NCBI GenBank assembly: GCA_038087875.1
Contig: JAXLNO010003758.1
Span: forward strand, 1 to 64,000
Reading direction: 5' to 3'
Source of the DNA: Malacoraja senta
Taxonomy: Eukaryota
Length of the DNA stretch: 64,000 nucleotides
How positions within the stretch are numbered: the stretch's first letter is position 1; every line of letters starts with the position of its first letter. Made by a program: the position numbers and the translations under genes. The notes under the pieces are model-generated. The model made no database searches, was not told where the DNA came from, and saw nothing but the letters and a program-made list of their open reading frames with translations. Shown here one piece after another: positions 45,716 through 58,842 of the stretch.

Positions 45716-46689
45716 CATATTTACAAGCCTTGTTATCACCATTTTTAAACAAAACAATATTCATGCTCAACATTATGTTTATCGAAGTACGTTCACTGTA
45801 CTTCCTTTACTGTAGTAGACGTTGGAACCTCCTGAGTTTGTGATGGGCGCTATTTAAATACAGGGATGTCTCTTCATTGCTGGACGTTTTTCCCTGTAAC
45901 ATATTTAATAGAATTTAAACTTTATAATTAAACTATTCGCATCCGCATATAAAATCTGAATTAAGCCGAATTACTCATTGAACTGGCAATCGTGACATGA
46001 AAGCCATAAAGACGGAAATGGCAGACACAGACGCAGAATATTTGTATCTGCATTGCATTTACGTGCAGTTCATTTGGACCACAGTCTATGGCCCTTCCGC
46101 TGCAGGATATTGAAATGGGGACACCCGTCAGACAAGGGTAGGGATATCACCCTAAGGGGCACATAGCGACAAGAGAGTTTTGTTTAAATATAGATGGAAA
46201 CACTCCTAAGTATGACACTATTGAATGTATAGACACTGATAATGCATTGCACTGTTTTTGTTTTATGCACATTTCTTATTCTGAGTAAAGTTTATTTTAG
46301 AAAAATATCAAAGGCATTAACCACTGAAAATCTATGAAAAGATTTCACACGGTTTTTGTTTTATACATATTTTTATTCAGGAGAAACATTATTTTTGAAA
46401 TTACACATGGCATTGGTGTATTGCATATCCTGTACATCTTTTTATGAATAAAGTTAAAAAATTGAAAAAAAATCCACTGAAGGCACTGTTGTGTTTTTAA
46501 ATTGATCTCAGTAACTGCAGGAGCATTTGTTAATGAAACAACATTCTCAAGTATCTTAATAATAAACCACGGTTTAAGTTTTCGCAAAAGCCTTTAGGAA
46601 TGGCAATAACTATTTCATTTAAAGGATAACCTTTCAAATACTGACCGTTAATAAGGACGTAATAAATTTAAGCTGGAGTAAGCAATCCT

Positions 46690-47110
46690 TGGGTCTTCTC
46701 CGCCGTCCAGGTAGATCACGGCTGATCTAGTTTCTTCTTCATAGTGTGTGGAGCTCCGTCCGGCGCGGTCTGTTGGCTTGGAAGCCGCGGTCTTCGGTGG
46801 GAAGGTGGTCGTTCCTGGAACCCCAAGCCGCTGGGGGTTCTCCCGACGCCGGAGCACCATCACCCGGCGAGAACATCGGGCGCTGTGGCGGCGACTGTGG
46901 AGGCCTCAGTGGGCCCGACTCTGGGTGGACAAGAGGATGGGGACTGGACTTTGTGCCTTCCCCCACAGTGGTTCCCACTGTGGAGGGATGTTTTGGTGTT
47001 GAACTTATTTTTAATACTGTGTTGTATTTTATTAGTGTGCTGCAAGGACATCTGAATTTCCCCTGAATAAGCGGATTAATAAAGTCTAATTCAATTCAAT
47101 TCAATTCAAT
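46690..47110 (+). mobile_element. GC-rich SINE-like element
   Basis: GC-rich body within AT-rich DNA, ending AATAAAGTCT(AATTC)n. Confidence 0.55.
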
Positions 47111-47849
47111 ATGATATCCTATGAATTGATAACGAGTTTTCCAGGCGAAGCAGAACTTTTGCAATATCCGTTGCAGAAACAGGGGGTGCGCAGTTTAATA
47201 TTACCTGCACCCTATAATCAGTGACTGGATTCTTGCTTTTCAATCAAAATAAGAAAGCACCACGTTAATTCACGAGAAAGTACATTGCAAAGCTCGATTC
47301 TACAAATATAGCAAACTCTCAAAATATTGTTCCTTTGTCTACAGTTTATAGTCTTTAACTATTTATTTTTTTAACTGTGGTCTAATGTATTAAACTATTG
47401 GTAAAAAAAACAACCAAAGGAAATATGCAGGATTATGTCACTTTTTAACATCTGCTGGCAGAAAATATATTTACTACTCTACATATATTTATCAAAAAAA
47501 ATAAGTGTACTCTACTATATGTAGAGTAGTAAATATATTGTAAATATTTTATAAATGTCACTTGCTGTAGAATTTTGTTCAGAAATAATTAAAATAGCAA
47601 GTGAAATGTAGTTATATTGCCAGGGAACGGCTTAAAATTGCTTGCTAAATTTAGGTTAGCAATAAAACACAGCAACGATTCAAATAAATTATTTCATTAT
47701 TGTCACGTGTAAAAGCTTTGTTTTGCATACTATCTTATCAGATGGATAGCATCGGTTTGGAAGGATATGGGCCATACGCTGGCATGTGGGGCGCCATGTT
47801 CGGCATGGAGAAATTGGACCAAATAAGCTGTTTCCGTGTTGTATGACTG

Positions 47850-50590
47850 ACTCGATGAGTAGCAATGTTACAACATTTTGAGATTTAAAAAATCAAGTCT
47901 GTAATTTATCCCCTCAGATAAAGCATAAAAAGACGTTTAATTTGACACCTAATTCACTTTCATATCTTCAGTATTAAAAAAGCTATGGCCATTTTCATAC
48001 TCGGAAATTATCATCTTATTCCCTATTGCTTTTCCATTGACTTAACACAAAAGCTGTGATCGAGGACAGTCAAAAGCCCATAACTTTCTTAAAAATTAAG
48101 AGAACTGAAAGAAATTTTCAGTTATTATAGATTGAAGCATTCTGAAACAAATATAATAATAATAATAATATCTTTTATTGTCATTGCACGTCAGTGCAAC
48201 GAGATTTAGTATGCAGCTCCACCGATGTACAAGAAAAGTAAAATAAATAAACCATGTGAGGTCCTCTGAAATGTGAGTGCCCAGAAACTTAAAGCTGGAC
48301 ACTCTCTCCACACTTTCCCCGTAAATGGAGATTGGGGCGTATTCACCATTATGGGACCTCCTGAAGTCAATAATCAGCTCCTTGGTCTTGGAGGTGTTTA
48401 GTGACAAGTTGTTATGAGCGCACCAGTCCGCCAGGTTCTGCACCTCTGCTCTGTATTTTGTTTCATCACTGTTGGTGATCACCGTTGGTGTCGTCTGCAA
48501 ACTTCACGATGGTGTTGGTGTCGAATGCAGGGACACAGTCGTGAGTGAAGAGGGAGTAGAGCATGGGGCTTAGTACACAGCCCTGTGGTGCTCAGGGTGA
48601 TAGTGGAGGACAGGTGCGGGCCCAGTCTCACTGCCTGCGGTCGTTCCGTCAGAAAGTTCAAGATCCAATCGCATATCGAGTTTGGTGGTGAGCTTGGGTA
48701 TTGATGACCGTATTGAATGCAGAGCTATAGTCAATGAAGAGCTTCCTCACATACGTGCCCTGTCTGTCCAGGTGAGTCAGGACAGTGTGAAGAGCCAGAG
48801 AGATGGCATCCCCTGTATGCAAATTGATGGGAGTCCAGTGAGGCAGGGATGCTGGATTTGATATGGGAGAGGACCAGCCTTTTGAAGCACTTCATTGGGG
48901 TTGGAGTTAGGGCAACCGGGCGGTAGTCGTTCAGGTTGGTGACTTTGGACTTTTTCGGCACCGGCACTATGGTGGCTGTTTTCAGGCACTTGGGGACCGT
49001 TGCCAGAGATAGAGACAGATTGAAGATTCTCGTGAATACCTCCGCCAGCTGTACAGCACAGTCCTTTAGTACCCTTCCCTGGACTCCATCCGGGCCTGCA
49101 GCCTTGCGTGGATTAATCCTACGCAGAGCGCACTGTACCTCCTGGGTGCTCAGTGTTAAGGCCTGTCCCTCCGCCATGGCCGGGGTTATTCCACTCCTGG
49201 TGGTGTTGCCAGTTTCGAACCGGGCAAAGAAGGTGTTTAGTTCGTTGGCCAGTGTGATATCACCGTGGGGGCAGGCGGGGCTGCTCTTGTAGTCGGTGAT
49301 GTCCCTGACACCCTGCCACATGCTTCTGGTGTCCGCGGTGTGGAAGTGGTCTTCTACCCTTTGCCTGTGGATGTCTTTGGCCTTTTTTGTGCCTCTGTTC
49401 AGGTTCGACCTGGCCGCACTGTAAGCAGAAGTGTCCCTGGATTTAAAGGTATTGTTGCGTGCCTTTAGCATATCCTGAACCTCCTTGTTCATCCAGGGTT
49501 TCCGGTTTGGGAACATCTTTATTTGCTTGTCCACTGTGACAGTCTCCGCACAGCAATTGATGTAGGAGAGCACAGTGGAAGTGTACTCCTCCAAGTCTAC
49601 CTCTGTACCACTGGTAGCCTGTTGTGCAAACAGGTCCCAGTTGGTGCGATCAAAGCAGTCCTGGAGTTGTAGGGTGGCGTCCTCGGGCCATATTTTGACC
49701 ATCCTTATTGCAGGTTTGGTCTTGCGGATGAGGGGTTTGTATGCAGGCAGTATAAACAGTGAGAGGTGATTGGATTGTCCCAGGGATGGGCGGGGGAGAG
49801 CTCTGTATGCGTCCTTGATGTTGGTGTACACTTTATCCAACGTGTTTGAGCCCCTGGTAGGGCACTGCACATGCTGGTGGAATTTGCGGACAATCTTACT
49901 TAGATGACATGAAATTAAAGCATATAATTAGTTAGTACCTAATTGTAGCTAATTACAAAATTCAATTACTAGATCTAAACATCTTATCAATTTCTTAAGA
50001 ATAGATTAACATTTTTAAATAGCCTAAGTGTCCAAATAACATTCACACAAGAATTCACAATATAACATCATTTTTAAATCTCATTGTCATGGATTTATAG
50101 GCCAAATGGAACGAATACCTGTAATGTTTAATACCTGTAAATTAATGGGCATTTAAATCATCTTGCGAGTGGGTTTTTCTGGAACGCGATCATTTGGAAC
50201 GTTGATTTGCGGTGAATTTAACCCCGTATCGGCATGAAAAATACTGCCATTAGTTCGGGGAAAAGAATCACCTTTTCGCAAATTAAAATGTGAATTAAAG
50301 GCCTCTTAAGGAGCACTTTTATACATAAAATAAACTGCTTTCGTTTACCTGTCCCGTGCGTGAAATCCGTCCCCGTTGTCGGCGTTGACGGCTTCAGAAG
50401 CTGATTTTAAAATGACTCCAGCGCTGAACTTGTCGGGAGATTTTTAAAACAAAATACACATAACGCCCATCGGAACGATTCTTCAGCAAAAGCTGGCACT
50501 CCAACGAAATATAATTCAGGACAAGGTAGGAGAAACCCGCGTTTTAACCCCTTCAAAGGCGGCAAAATAGCGCACACAGCTAGAGGCAAA
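47850..50590. mobile_element. Unclassified AT-rich interspersed element split by the LINE at 48152-49891
   Basis: The sequence appears continuous across the LINE (GAAACAAATAT...AATCTTACTTAG); no coding motif recognised. Confidence 0.3.
48152..49891 (-). mobile_element. Rex1/Babar-type LINE with internal deletions
   Basis: ORF 48731-49870 ([35 protein letters not shown]) and 48096-48500 (SFKFLGTHIS); (AAT)n tail. Confidence 0.9.
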
Positions 50591-50700
50591 AGTGGATGTA
50601 GTGTATCTAGACTGATGTCAAAATACCGTGGCTGGATTTATTAATTAAACGGAGCTCTGATGAAAGAACGCACTCGAAACGTTAATCCAACACGGTAGAC

Positions 50701-53700
50701 TAGTAAGATTAAACGAGAACTTACCTAAGTTTGAAGTTTGATCTTTATTTTATGAGGAGTTACGTAGGTGATTACGTGAAGAAGCCCGTCAGTGCGCCTA
50801 CGCGTCAATCTTCAAAGCAGCGGTGTGAAATCACAAAAAACAAAAAACCGAAGTAATATAGTCTCATACTAAAACGAGTAATACAAGAACTTCCATCTGA
50901 CCTTTATGATAGAGGGTAGGGTCGTGGCGGGCACGTAATCACCTACGTAACTCCTCATAAAATAAAGATCAAACTTCAAACTTAGGTAAGTTCTCGTTTA
51001 ATCTTACTATTTTACTTCGGAGTCACGTGAGTGACTACGTGAAGATTTTAAAGCTTTGTGATTTCTGGCCGTGGATCAATCCCGGCTTCTCACTGCATAG
51101 ATTGACTCGGAACGAGAATAATCAATCATGCATTCATAATAACATTTGTACCACAAATGCAGTAATTCATTTCAAGAATGAAATGAATCAGATCCCCTTT
51201 AAACCAGAGGAATTTACACAGAACTTAAAATAGTTTCTGCAAACAACCCCGCATTAACAATAGGCCGATGGTAAAAATGTTGAAACATCAACTCATTGGA
51301 CCACCCGGCGGCTGCGAGGATATGGTCGACGGGGCCGTCTTTTGCCCTGGCCGCTGACATTTCTGCTGCCCTAGCCGAGTGAGACGTAAAAACATAAGTG
51401 TTAATACCAGCAGCTGTTAAGACTTCTTTTATCCATCTGGAAATAGTCTGTATTGAAACTCTCTTGTGTGGTTTCTTGTGTGTGATCAAAAACCCAGTTT
51501 CCGTATTCTCAAATTCTTTGTGACCTCAATGTATTGTAATAAATATGTCTTAATACAAAGACCTGGATCATTTGGATATGCTGCCAGCATAATTTTAAAT
51601 CCTGTCACACCTGGCCTAATTTGCTTTATTAGATCATAGATATAGAATGTAACCTTGTCTTCAGTTACTTCCATACTATCTATTTGTAATTTTGCACTCG
51701 TTGTGCTGTCACTCATGACATAAACATGAATACTTTCATACTGAGCTTGACCAAAGGTAAAGACACACTTGATAACCATCACGAAGTAGTTTCAGTACCA
51801 CACTTACATCCCAGATTTTCACGTACCTAGGTTTCGGTGGTTTGGAATTAAAGATTCCTTTCATTATTCTGGAAACAATTGGGTATGACCCAATTGAGTT
51901 TCTTTCTGAATCCAGAACCAAATATGAGGACAATGCACTTCTGGCTGAATTAATTACACTACAACTCAGACCTTCATCATAATAAAGTTTTGACAGAAAT
52001 TCTAAACATTTGAAATATCTGCAGTACTTTATTGCACATTCTTTTGTACCCAGAACTTTTCCCATTTCTTAATATAAGAAAGGTACTGTTTTTGAGTGCT
52101 CTTCCTCCAGGCTGCCGTAAGCATGTCCACAGTATGCTCAGACAGTCCTCGTCCCAGAAAAGGCATTCTTAAAACCTGCAAATCAACAAATCCAAACGAT
52201 CATATAATGGATGTTGTTCCCCTGTACAGGGAGCAGCAATAAATTACTCTTTTTTGGGACTTTCATCAACATTTGTGTTGTTAATTCTAATATCAACGGA
52301 TACCATGGCTGTGTAGGCCAATCTGGTACTACCAATACCCTTGAAGCAGCATCTTGCCTGATTTTAAGCAAACATTGGCTTATGAGGCAGAAAGGTGGAA
52401 ATATATATGAAAACATACCACCCCAATGTAGCAAGAAAGCATCAATCGCCACTGCTCCTGGATCTGGTTTCCATGAGACATATCTCGATAGCTGATGATT
52501 CAAGTCGATGTCGGTCATTCCAAATCTGATGACTATATCATTGAATACCTCTTGATTCAACATCCATTCTTTATTATCATGGAACTTTTCGTGACTTGGT
52601 GTCTGCTATCGTTCATTCTACCTGGTAGATAGATAGCTAAAATCCAAATGTTCTTTTCAATACACCAAGCCCAAAGTTGATTAACCATTTTGTCACAAGA
52701 CACCGACTTAATTCCATATCATTAATATAAACAACTACTGTTGTGTTATCAATTTGAACTTGAACATGCTTATTAGTTGTGTTAGAACAATAAGCTTGGA
52801 GCCCATAGAAACATCCTAGAAGCTCCAAATAGTTAATTCCCCATGTCTGCAGTAATCAATGACTCTTCCTGATTCCATCTGCCTCCTCAGCTAGACGTTA
52901 AGTCAGTTGCACCCCCTGCTGGTGCACTGGCATCAGTTTGTAATATCATGGAAGGTTGTTCAATCAGCACTTTGCTGGAACTGCTTGAGACATGTAGAAT
53001 CCACCACTGCAGACCAGAAACAGCATTTGTTGTTAGTTGCATGGTTCTATCAAAATGACCAACATGTATTCTCGGTGCCTGTTCTTTAAGTCTCTGCAGC
53101 TGTTGATAATGTAATGGTCCAAATTGGACTGCTGGGAATGCTGCTACTAATTTTCCCAGTACACGAGCCACCTGTCTAATTGAAGGTTTTTGCTCGTTTA
53201 GGAGATTACTGCAATCTTTAATCAAATCCACCCTTTTCCCTGGGCAAAGTGATATTCATTTGGACTGAATCAATTGTGAACTCCAAATAATTAATAGAGG
53301 TACATGGTGTTAACCTAGATTTCTGTGGATGAATTAGAAACCCCAACTTTTCAAAAGTTGATTTCACAACTGCAACAGATACTTCTGTTGACTGTTTTGT
53401 CTTTCCTATAATCAAGACATCATCCAAATATGCCATTAGTACATGCCCCTGGCTACTCAGCAAGCCCAGAATTGGTTTTAACAATTTTTGTGAATATTCT
53501 GAGTGCAGATATTAACCCATTAGACAGAGCTTTGAACTGCCACAACTGGTTCATCCATTTAAATTTAAGATACTTCCTATCTTGTGAATGAACAGACACT
53601 GAATAATATGCATCTTTCAAGTCTATAGTTGCCATATAACATGCTTCTGAAATAAGCTGTTTGGCAGTCACAAATGTTTCCATTTTAAAATGTCTAAATT

Positions 53701-55482
53701 GCACAAAAGGATTCAGATTTATCAAATCTACAAGAATCCTACATCCTCCATCCTTTTTTGATCGAGGGAATATTTTTGACATAAATTGGTGACTTTGGTA
53801 GACTGATTTTTCAATAACCCCTTTTTTTATATAGGGTTTCAATTGCAACCTGAACCTCCATCACTTCTTTTTGTACAAAGTGCAGAGTTCGGCTAGGAAC
53901 ATGCTGAACAGGCAAATCATAATTTGGATTGAATTCAATTCGAAATCCTTGTATATTATTCAGGATTACCACATCTGAAGTAATTTTCTTCCAATTATTA
54001 TAGAAGAAATGTAACCTGCCTCCAACTTTTGGACTTAATCCAGTTAGTATGTTCCCATGAGAACCAGGTCCACCTACCTCTTGAGTCATTTCAGTACCCT
54101 GAGATTCCTGGGTTCTCCCGGAAGCACGCCCACTGGTTCTTGCTCCCGCTGCAGGCCGCCAACTACGTCCCTGCGTTGATGAGCGACTTGGTCCAGGATC
54201 CGTATGACGTCTGAAAGGATACTTCCTCTTTACAGACTTCACAACCATTGATGTCTTCATCAATCCTGTTTTCGCTTCATCTTCCAACTCTTTAATACGT
54301 CTCCCGAGATCTCTCCAAAGAGTAAGTTGGGTAATTTGTATATTACTTGGTTTGCAGAGTGCTGCGAATTTCGGATTCATAGTAGACCGTATAGCACTTC
54401 TCGAAGTGGGTGCTGCATAGCAACCCCAGTGCTTGCTGATGCAACTTCGTCATCTTTTGGTTGTTACCTGCTATTCTGGTAAAAGCAGTTATTTCAGAAC
54501 CCAGCAGCTTTAATATTCTCTGCAACTGATTCCAGATACTCTTGCAGTCTCATCCATTTCATGCTGTTCCAGCTAATGGTAAACCAAGTAATTTATTAAG
54601 GAGGCCAGTTTTTCCTAATGGCTCTCCTGACCCTGACGGGGCAGCGAATCCTACTACCAGGGTTGGAACATCTGGCAGCTGCTTTCATCGCCTTGTACAG
54701 CCTCACCGTCAGAGTCGGGGTCTGAAATCTCATGACCCGTAGCACGCTCCTCATTCCTGAGGGTGCATTCCATCAGCCCTGAGCCAGGTGCTGTTAAGCT
54801 GCTCCTGCAGCTTGGATTACAGTACACTCCTTCCTGAGTGAACTTTTGCTCCAACAACCTATGAAAAAGGCTTCTATTTGGGCAATACGCTCGAAAGCAG
54901 TATCTAGCCCTGTACCAGGAGCTGTTTGAGCTGTTTCCAGCAGCTTGGCTTTCAGAACACTCCTCACTGAGTGAACGTTGCTCCAACAGCCTGTGTAAAA
55001 GGCTTTCTATTTGGGCAATACGCTCTAAAGCAGTATCTAGCCCTGGAGCTTCTTCATTGCCTGGGACTCCCTCCGTTGGGATTTAAACTTTGTCTTTTGC
55101 CCGACAGGCGCTGACAGTGTTTTCACCAGCCCCAGGTCCACAGTCGCTATGCTCACCACTGGCGACTGTACCGGGGTTTAGAGGCGGTTGGTCTCTAACC
55201 GCGGACTCTCGACTTTCCCGACTTCTGTCGGCTATGTCGCTCGCCTCTTCCCCCTGTCCGTTTTTTCCCATGGCGTCTGTGGAAAAAATCGCCATAGACC
55301 CACAGTAAACGGACCTGGAAAACCTGTAAAAAAGTTTTTACTTACCTTGTAGTTGAAAAACTACAAACCACTCGAGGAGCACTGCTCCTCACGTCCGTTT
55401 GCGTCAAGGCGTCTGACGTAATGACGCGCAGGCGCACTGACGGGCTTCTTCACGTAGTCACTCACGTGACTCCGAAGTAAAA
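50701..55482 (-). mobile_element. Full-length decayed DIRS1-type tyrosine-recombinase retrotransposon
   Basis: Gag-like region ~54000-55300; RT 53453-53848 and 53218-53484 (IDLKDAY, MAYLDD); RNase H 52887-53231 (LQTDAS) and 52637-52828 (IDNTT); MT-like domain 52183-52563 (AIDAF, YIFPPF, VPDWPTQPWY); tyrosine recombinase 51736-52065, 51486-51782 and 51214-51489 (HSAR, AGWS, FY). ITRs and the ICR (50932-51045) are present, and the 5' end starts TTTT. Confidence 0.93.
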
Positions 55483-57074
55483 TCAAGAGTCACTAAGTTT
55501 AACTCGAGGGCCACCAAGTTCTTACAATTGTTTCAATTTTTAACCTCAAGAGTAAATTTTACTCGTGGAAAACTTTAAACATGTTTGAACTTTTTCAACA
55601 GTTAACAAGTTTCACGGGTACCTGCCGTTAGCGCCACGAGTCGCTAAGTTGCGTCCACAAGTTCCGACGTTCCCACTACGTTAATTGTAAGTGATTACCA
55701 CGAGTTAAATTTGTTTTAAGCTCGGGGTACCTCGTGGGTCAGCTCGCACCGTGAGACGGGTTTAACTGTGTTTAATTGAGAGGGAGGGGGAGAGAGGGAG
55801 GGGTAGAGGGGGAGAGGGAGGCCTTCAGATGAAATTTAGCATTGTTGGTAGGTGTTGTAGGGAATTTTGAAAATGTTAAGTAAGATAAGTAGGAACTCGC
55901 ATACTGGGAAGCATGGTGTGGACAATGGCCAAGAATGTAGTCAGAATAGCAAAGCTGAATCATTTTGCTGAAAAGCAGACTGGAGGACAGAGGATCTAAG
56001 GGGGTAGAGGAACTGAAATAAATTTTCATTAGGCGAGAAATAGTATTGGGTTGGCTAATGGGACTGAAGGATGATAAATCCCCTGGGCCTGATGGTCTGC
56101 ATCCCAGGGTTCTCAGGGAGGTGGCTCTAGAAATAGTGGACGCATTGGTGATCATTTTCCAATGTTGAATAGATTCAGGATGAGTTGCTGTGGATTGGAG
56201 GACAGCTAATGTTATCCCACTTTTCAATAAAGGAGCGAGAGAGAAAATGGGGAATTACAGACCAGTTAGCCGGGAGGAGGGAGGGAGAGGGAGGCCTCCC
56301 AGTTAGAATTACAGACCAGTTAGGTGGGAAAGATGCTGGAGTCAATTATTAAAGAGGTAATAATGGGGCATTTGGATAGCAGTAAAAGGATTAGTCCAAG
56401 TCAACATGGATTTATGAAAGGGAAATCATGCTTGACTAATCTTCTGGAATTTTTTGAGGATGTGACAAGTAAAATGGATGAAGGGGTGCCAGTGGATGTA
56501 GTTTATCTAGACTTTCAGAAAACCTTTGATAAGGTCCCGCACGGGAGACTGGTGACTAAAATTAGAGCACGGTATTAGAGGTAGGGTGTTGACATGGATA
56601 GAAAATTGGTTGGCAGACCGGAAGCAAAGAGTAGGAGTGAACAGGTCCTTTTCAGAATGGGATGCAGTGGCGAGTGGAGTGCCGCAAGGCTCGGTGTTGG
56701 GGACGCAACTGTTTACCATATAAATTAATGATTTGGAAGAGGGAATTAGGAGCAACACTAGCAAGTTTGCGGATGACACAAAGCTGGGTGGCAGTGTGAA
56801 CTGTGAAGAGGATGTTAGGAGGTTGCAGGGTGACCTGGACAGGTTGAGTGAGTGGGCAGATGCGTGGCAGATGCAGCAGGGCTGGAAATTAGCGGTTGCC
56901 TGGGCCCCATTGACCACAGAAAGTGCCCCCAGGCAACCTAAACGGCGACTCATTTTGCCCGGCTTGGCACCCAAATACTGGTTTATACCGGTAGACGCAA
57001 AAAACTGGAGTAACTCATGCAGCATCTCCAGCGAATAGGAACTGACGTTTCGGGTCGGCGGCTGATTGATCCTT

Positions 57075-57790
57075 CTGCCACCCCCCCCCCCCCCCATCCA
57101 TCCTACACTGGTCCCCCAATTCATCCTGTACTGATCCCCCTTCCCATCCATCCTGCACTTCTCCCCCCCCCATTCATACTGCACTGATCCTCCCATTCAT
57201 CCCGTACTGACCCACCCTCCATTTACCCTGCACCAAGCCCCCCCATCCATCCTGTAGTGATCTCCGCATTCATCTTTTACTGATCCCCCATTCATCCTGT
57301 ACTGATCCCCTCATTCATCCTGTAGTGATCTCCCATTCATCCTGCATAGACCCTCCGATCCACACTGCTCTGACCCCCCCATTCATCCTGTACTGATCCA
57401 TCCATTCATCCTGTGCTGTTCCCCCCCATTCAAAAAGAATGGGGGGAACAGTCTGAAGAAGGGTCTCGACCCGAAACGTTGCTTATTTCCTGAGCTCCAT
57501 AGATGCTGCCTCACCCGCTGAATTTCTCCAGCCTTTTTGTCTACCCCCATTCGTCCTGTACTGAACCCCCATTCATCCTATACTGATTCCCCCCATCCAT
57601 CCCATATTGATCCCCCCCCATTCAACACCACTGACATCCCCCGTGCTCTCCTCTCACAATTTTACATACTCCAACCAACACGTACTAATCACCTGCCGCA
57701 ATCCATACATTCCGCACCGATTGCCTTCTCAACCCCCCCCCCGCCATCTATCCACCCCGCACTGATTCACACACCCCCTGACCCTATTGT
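57075..57790. repeat. C-rich minisatellite (~22-25-bp unit CCCATTCATCCTGTACTGATCC)
   Basis: Many degenerate tandem copies; interrupted by a hammerhead element at ~57445-57545. Confidence 0.85.
57453..57545 (+). ncRNA. Short Penelope-type element with an intact minimal hammerhead core
   Basis: CTGAAGA-A-GGGT-CTCG-ACCC-GAAA-CG-TT, with a 3-bp stem I (AGT/GCT). Confidence 0.7.
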
Positions 57791-57984
57791 GCTTCATGGT
57801 CTTCAGAGCGAACATTGATTATGTTTGATAACTGAATGTAATCAAATGTGTTTTAATTCCCAATGTTATTATTTGTTTTTGACACCTTTAAACATATTAC
57901 CAAAAGAACATTTGCTGCAGTTATGTCCTTTGGCCATCTCTTGTCAGTTAGTGTAATGTTTAACCTGTCAGATGGGTATACATA

Positions 57985-58460
57985 GATACATAGAAAATAG
58001 GTGCAGGAGTAGGCCATTCGGCCCTTCGAGCCTGCACTGCCATTCAATATGATCATGGCTGATCATCCAACTCAGTATCCCGTACCTGCCTTCTCTCCAT
58101 ACCCCCTGATCCCTTTAGCCACAAGGGCCACATCTAACTCCCTCTTAAATATAGCCAATGAGCTGGCCTCAACTACCCTCTGTGGCAGAGAGTTCCAGAG
58201 ATTCACCACTCTCTGTGTGAAAAAGTTTTTTCTCATCTCGGTCTTAAAGGATTTCCCCCTTATCCTTAAGCTGTGACCCCTTGTCCTGGACTTCCCCAAC
58301 ATCGGGAACAATCTTCCTGCATCTAGCCTGTCCAACCCCATAAGAATGTTGTAAGTTTCTATAAGATCCCCTCTCAATCTCCTAAATTCTAGCGAGTATA
58401 AGCCAAGTCTATCCAGTCTTTCTTCATATGAAAGTCCTGACATCCCAGGAATCAGTCTGG
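57985..58460 (-). mobile_element. CR1 3' fragment
   Basis: ORF 58072-58443; ATAGAAA tail. Confidence 0.88.
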
Positions 58461-58699
58461 TATAGTCGGTACAGTCAGGAATAGTCGGTATTAACAGCTA
58501 TTATCATAAAATGCCTTTAGAAATTTCCTTGCAACCTGTATATTTTGTTATGGATAAATTATGTGGGAAGCCAGAGTGTTTCTGTGCCAATAGCAATAAC
58601 GACCCATGCTATGGACATGTCATGGTAATTTTCGGTCCTTCACAGAAAACATGGTTGCATCAATTTGTAGTGTGTATGGTTAAGCATATGCTGATGGGT

Positions 58700-58842
58700 T
58701 TCACCCTTCTTCAGACTGATGGGTTTCGGCCTGAAACGTTGCTTATTTCCTTCGCTCCATAGATGCTGCTGCACTCGCTGAGTTTCTCCAGCACTTTTGT
58801 CTACCTTTGATTTTCCAGCATCTGCAGTTCCTTCTTGAACAT
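58700..58842 (+). mobile_element. Short Penelope-type element with a degenerate hammerhead and an inverted head
   Basis: CCCTTCTTCAG (reverse complement of CTGAAGAAGGG) precedes CTGATGGGTTTCGGCCTGAAACGTT. Confidence 0.6.

Noticed and set aside
45730-47700. AT-rich unique DNA with short protein-like minus-strand frames (e.g. YVLINGQYLKGYPLNEIVIAIPKGFCENLNRG; ORF 46345-46587)
   Set aside because: The frames do not join, and I recognise no family motif or consistent splice sites. A BLASTX search would be needed.
48817-48824. Octamer ATGCAAAT as an Ig regulatory site
   Set aside because: Lies inside the coding region of a Rex/Babar LINE, ~26 kb from the V gene.
52183-52563. DNA adenine methyltransferase-like ORF as a horizontally acquired bacterial gene
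   Set aside because: It is the standard MT-like domain downstream of RNase H in DIRS1 elements.
57075-57790. Regular short repeats that might be a CRISPR-like array
   Set aside because: Degenerate head-to-tail minisatellite with no unique spacers, in a vertebrate genome with no cas genes.
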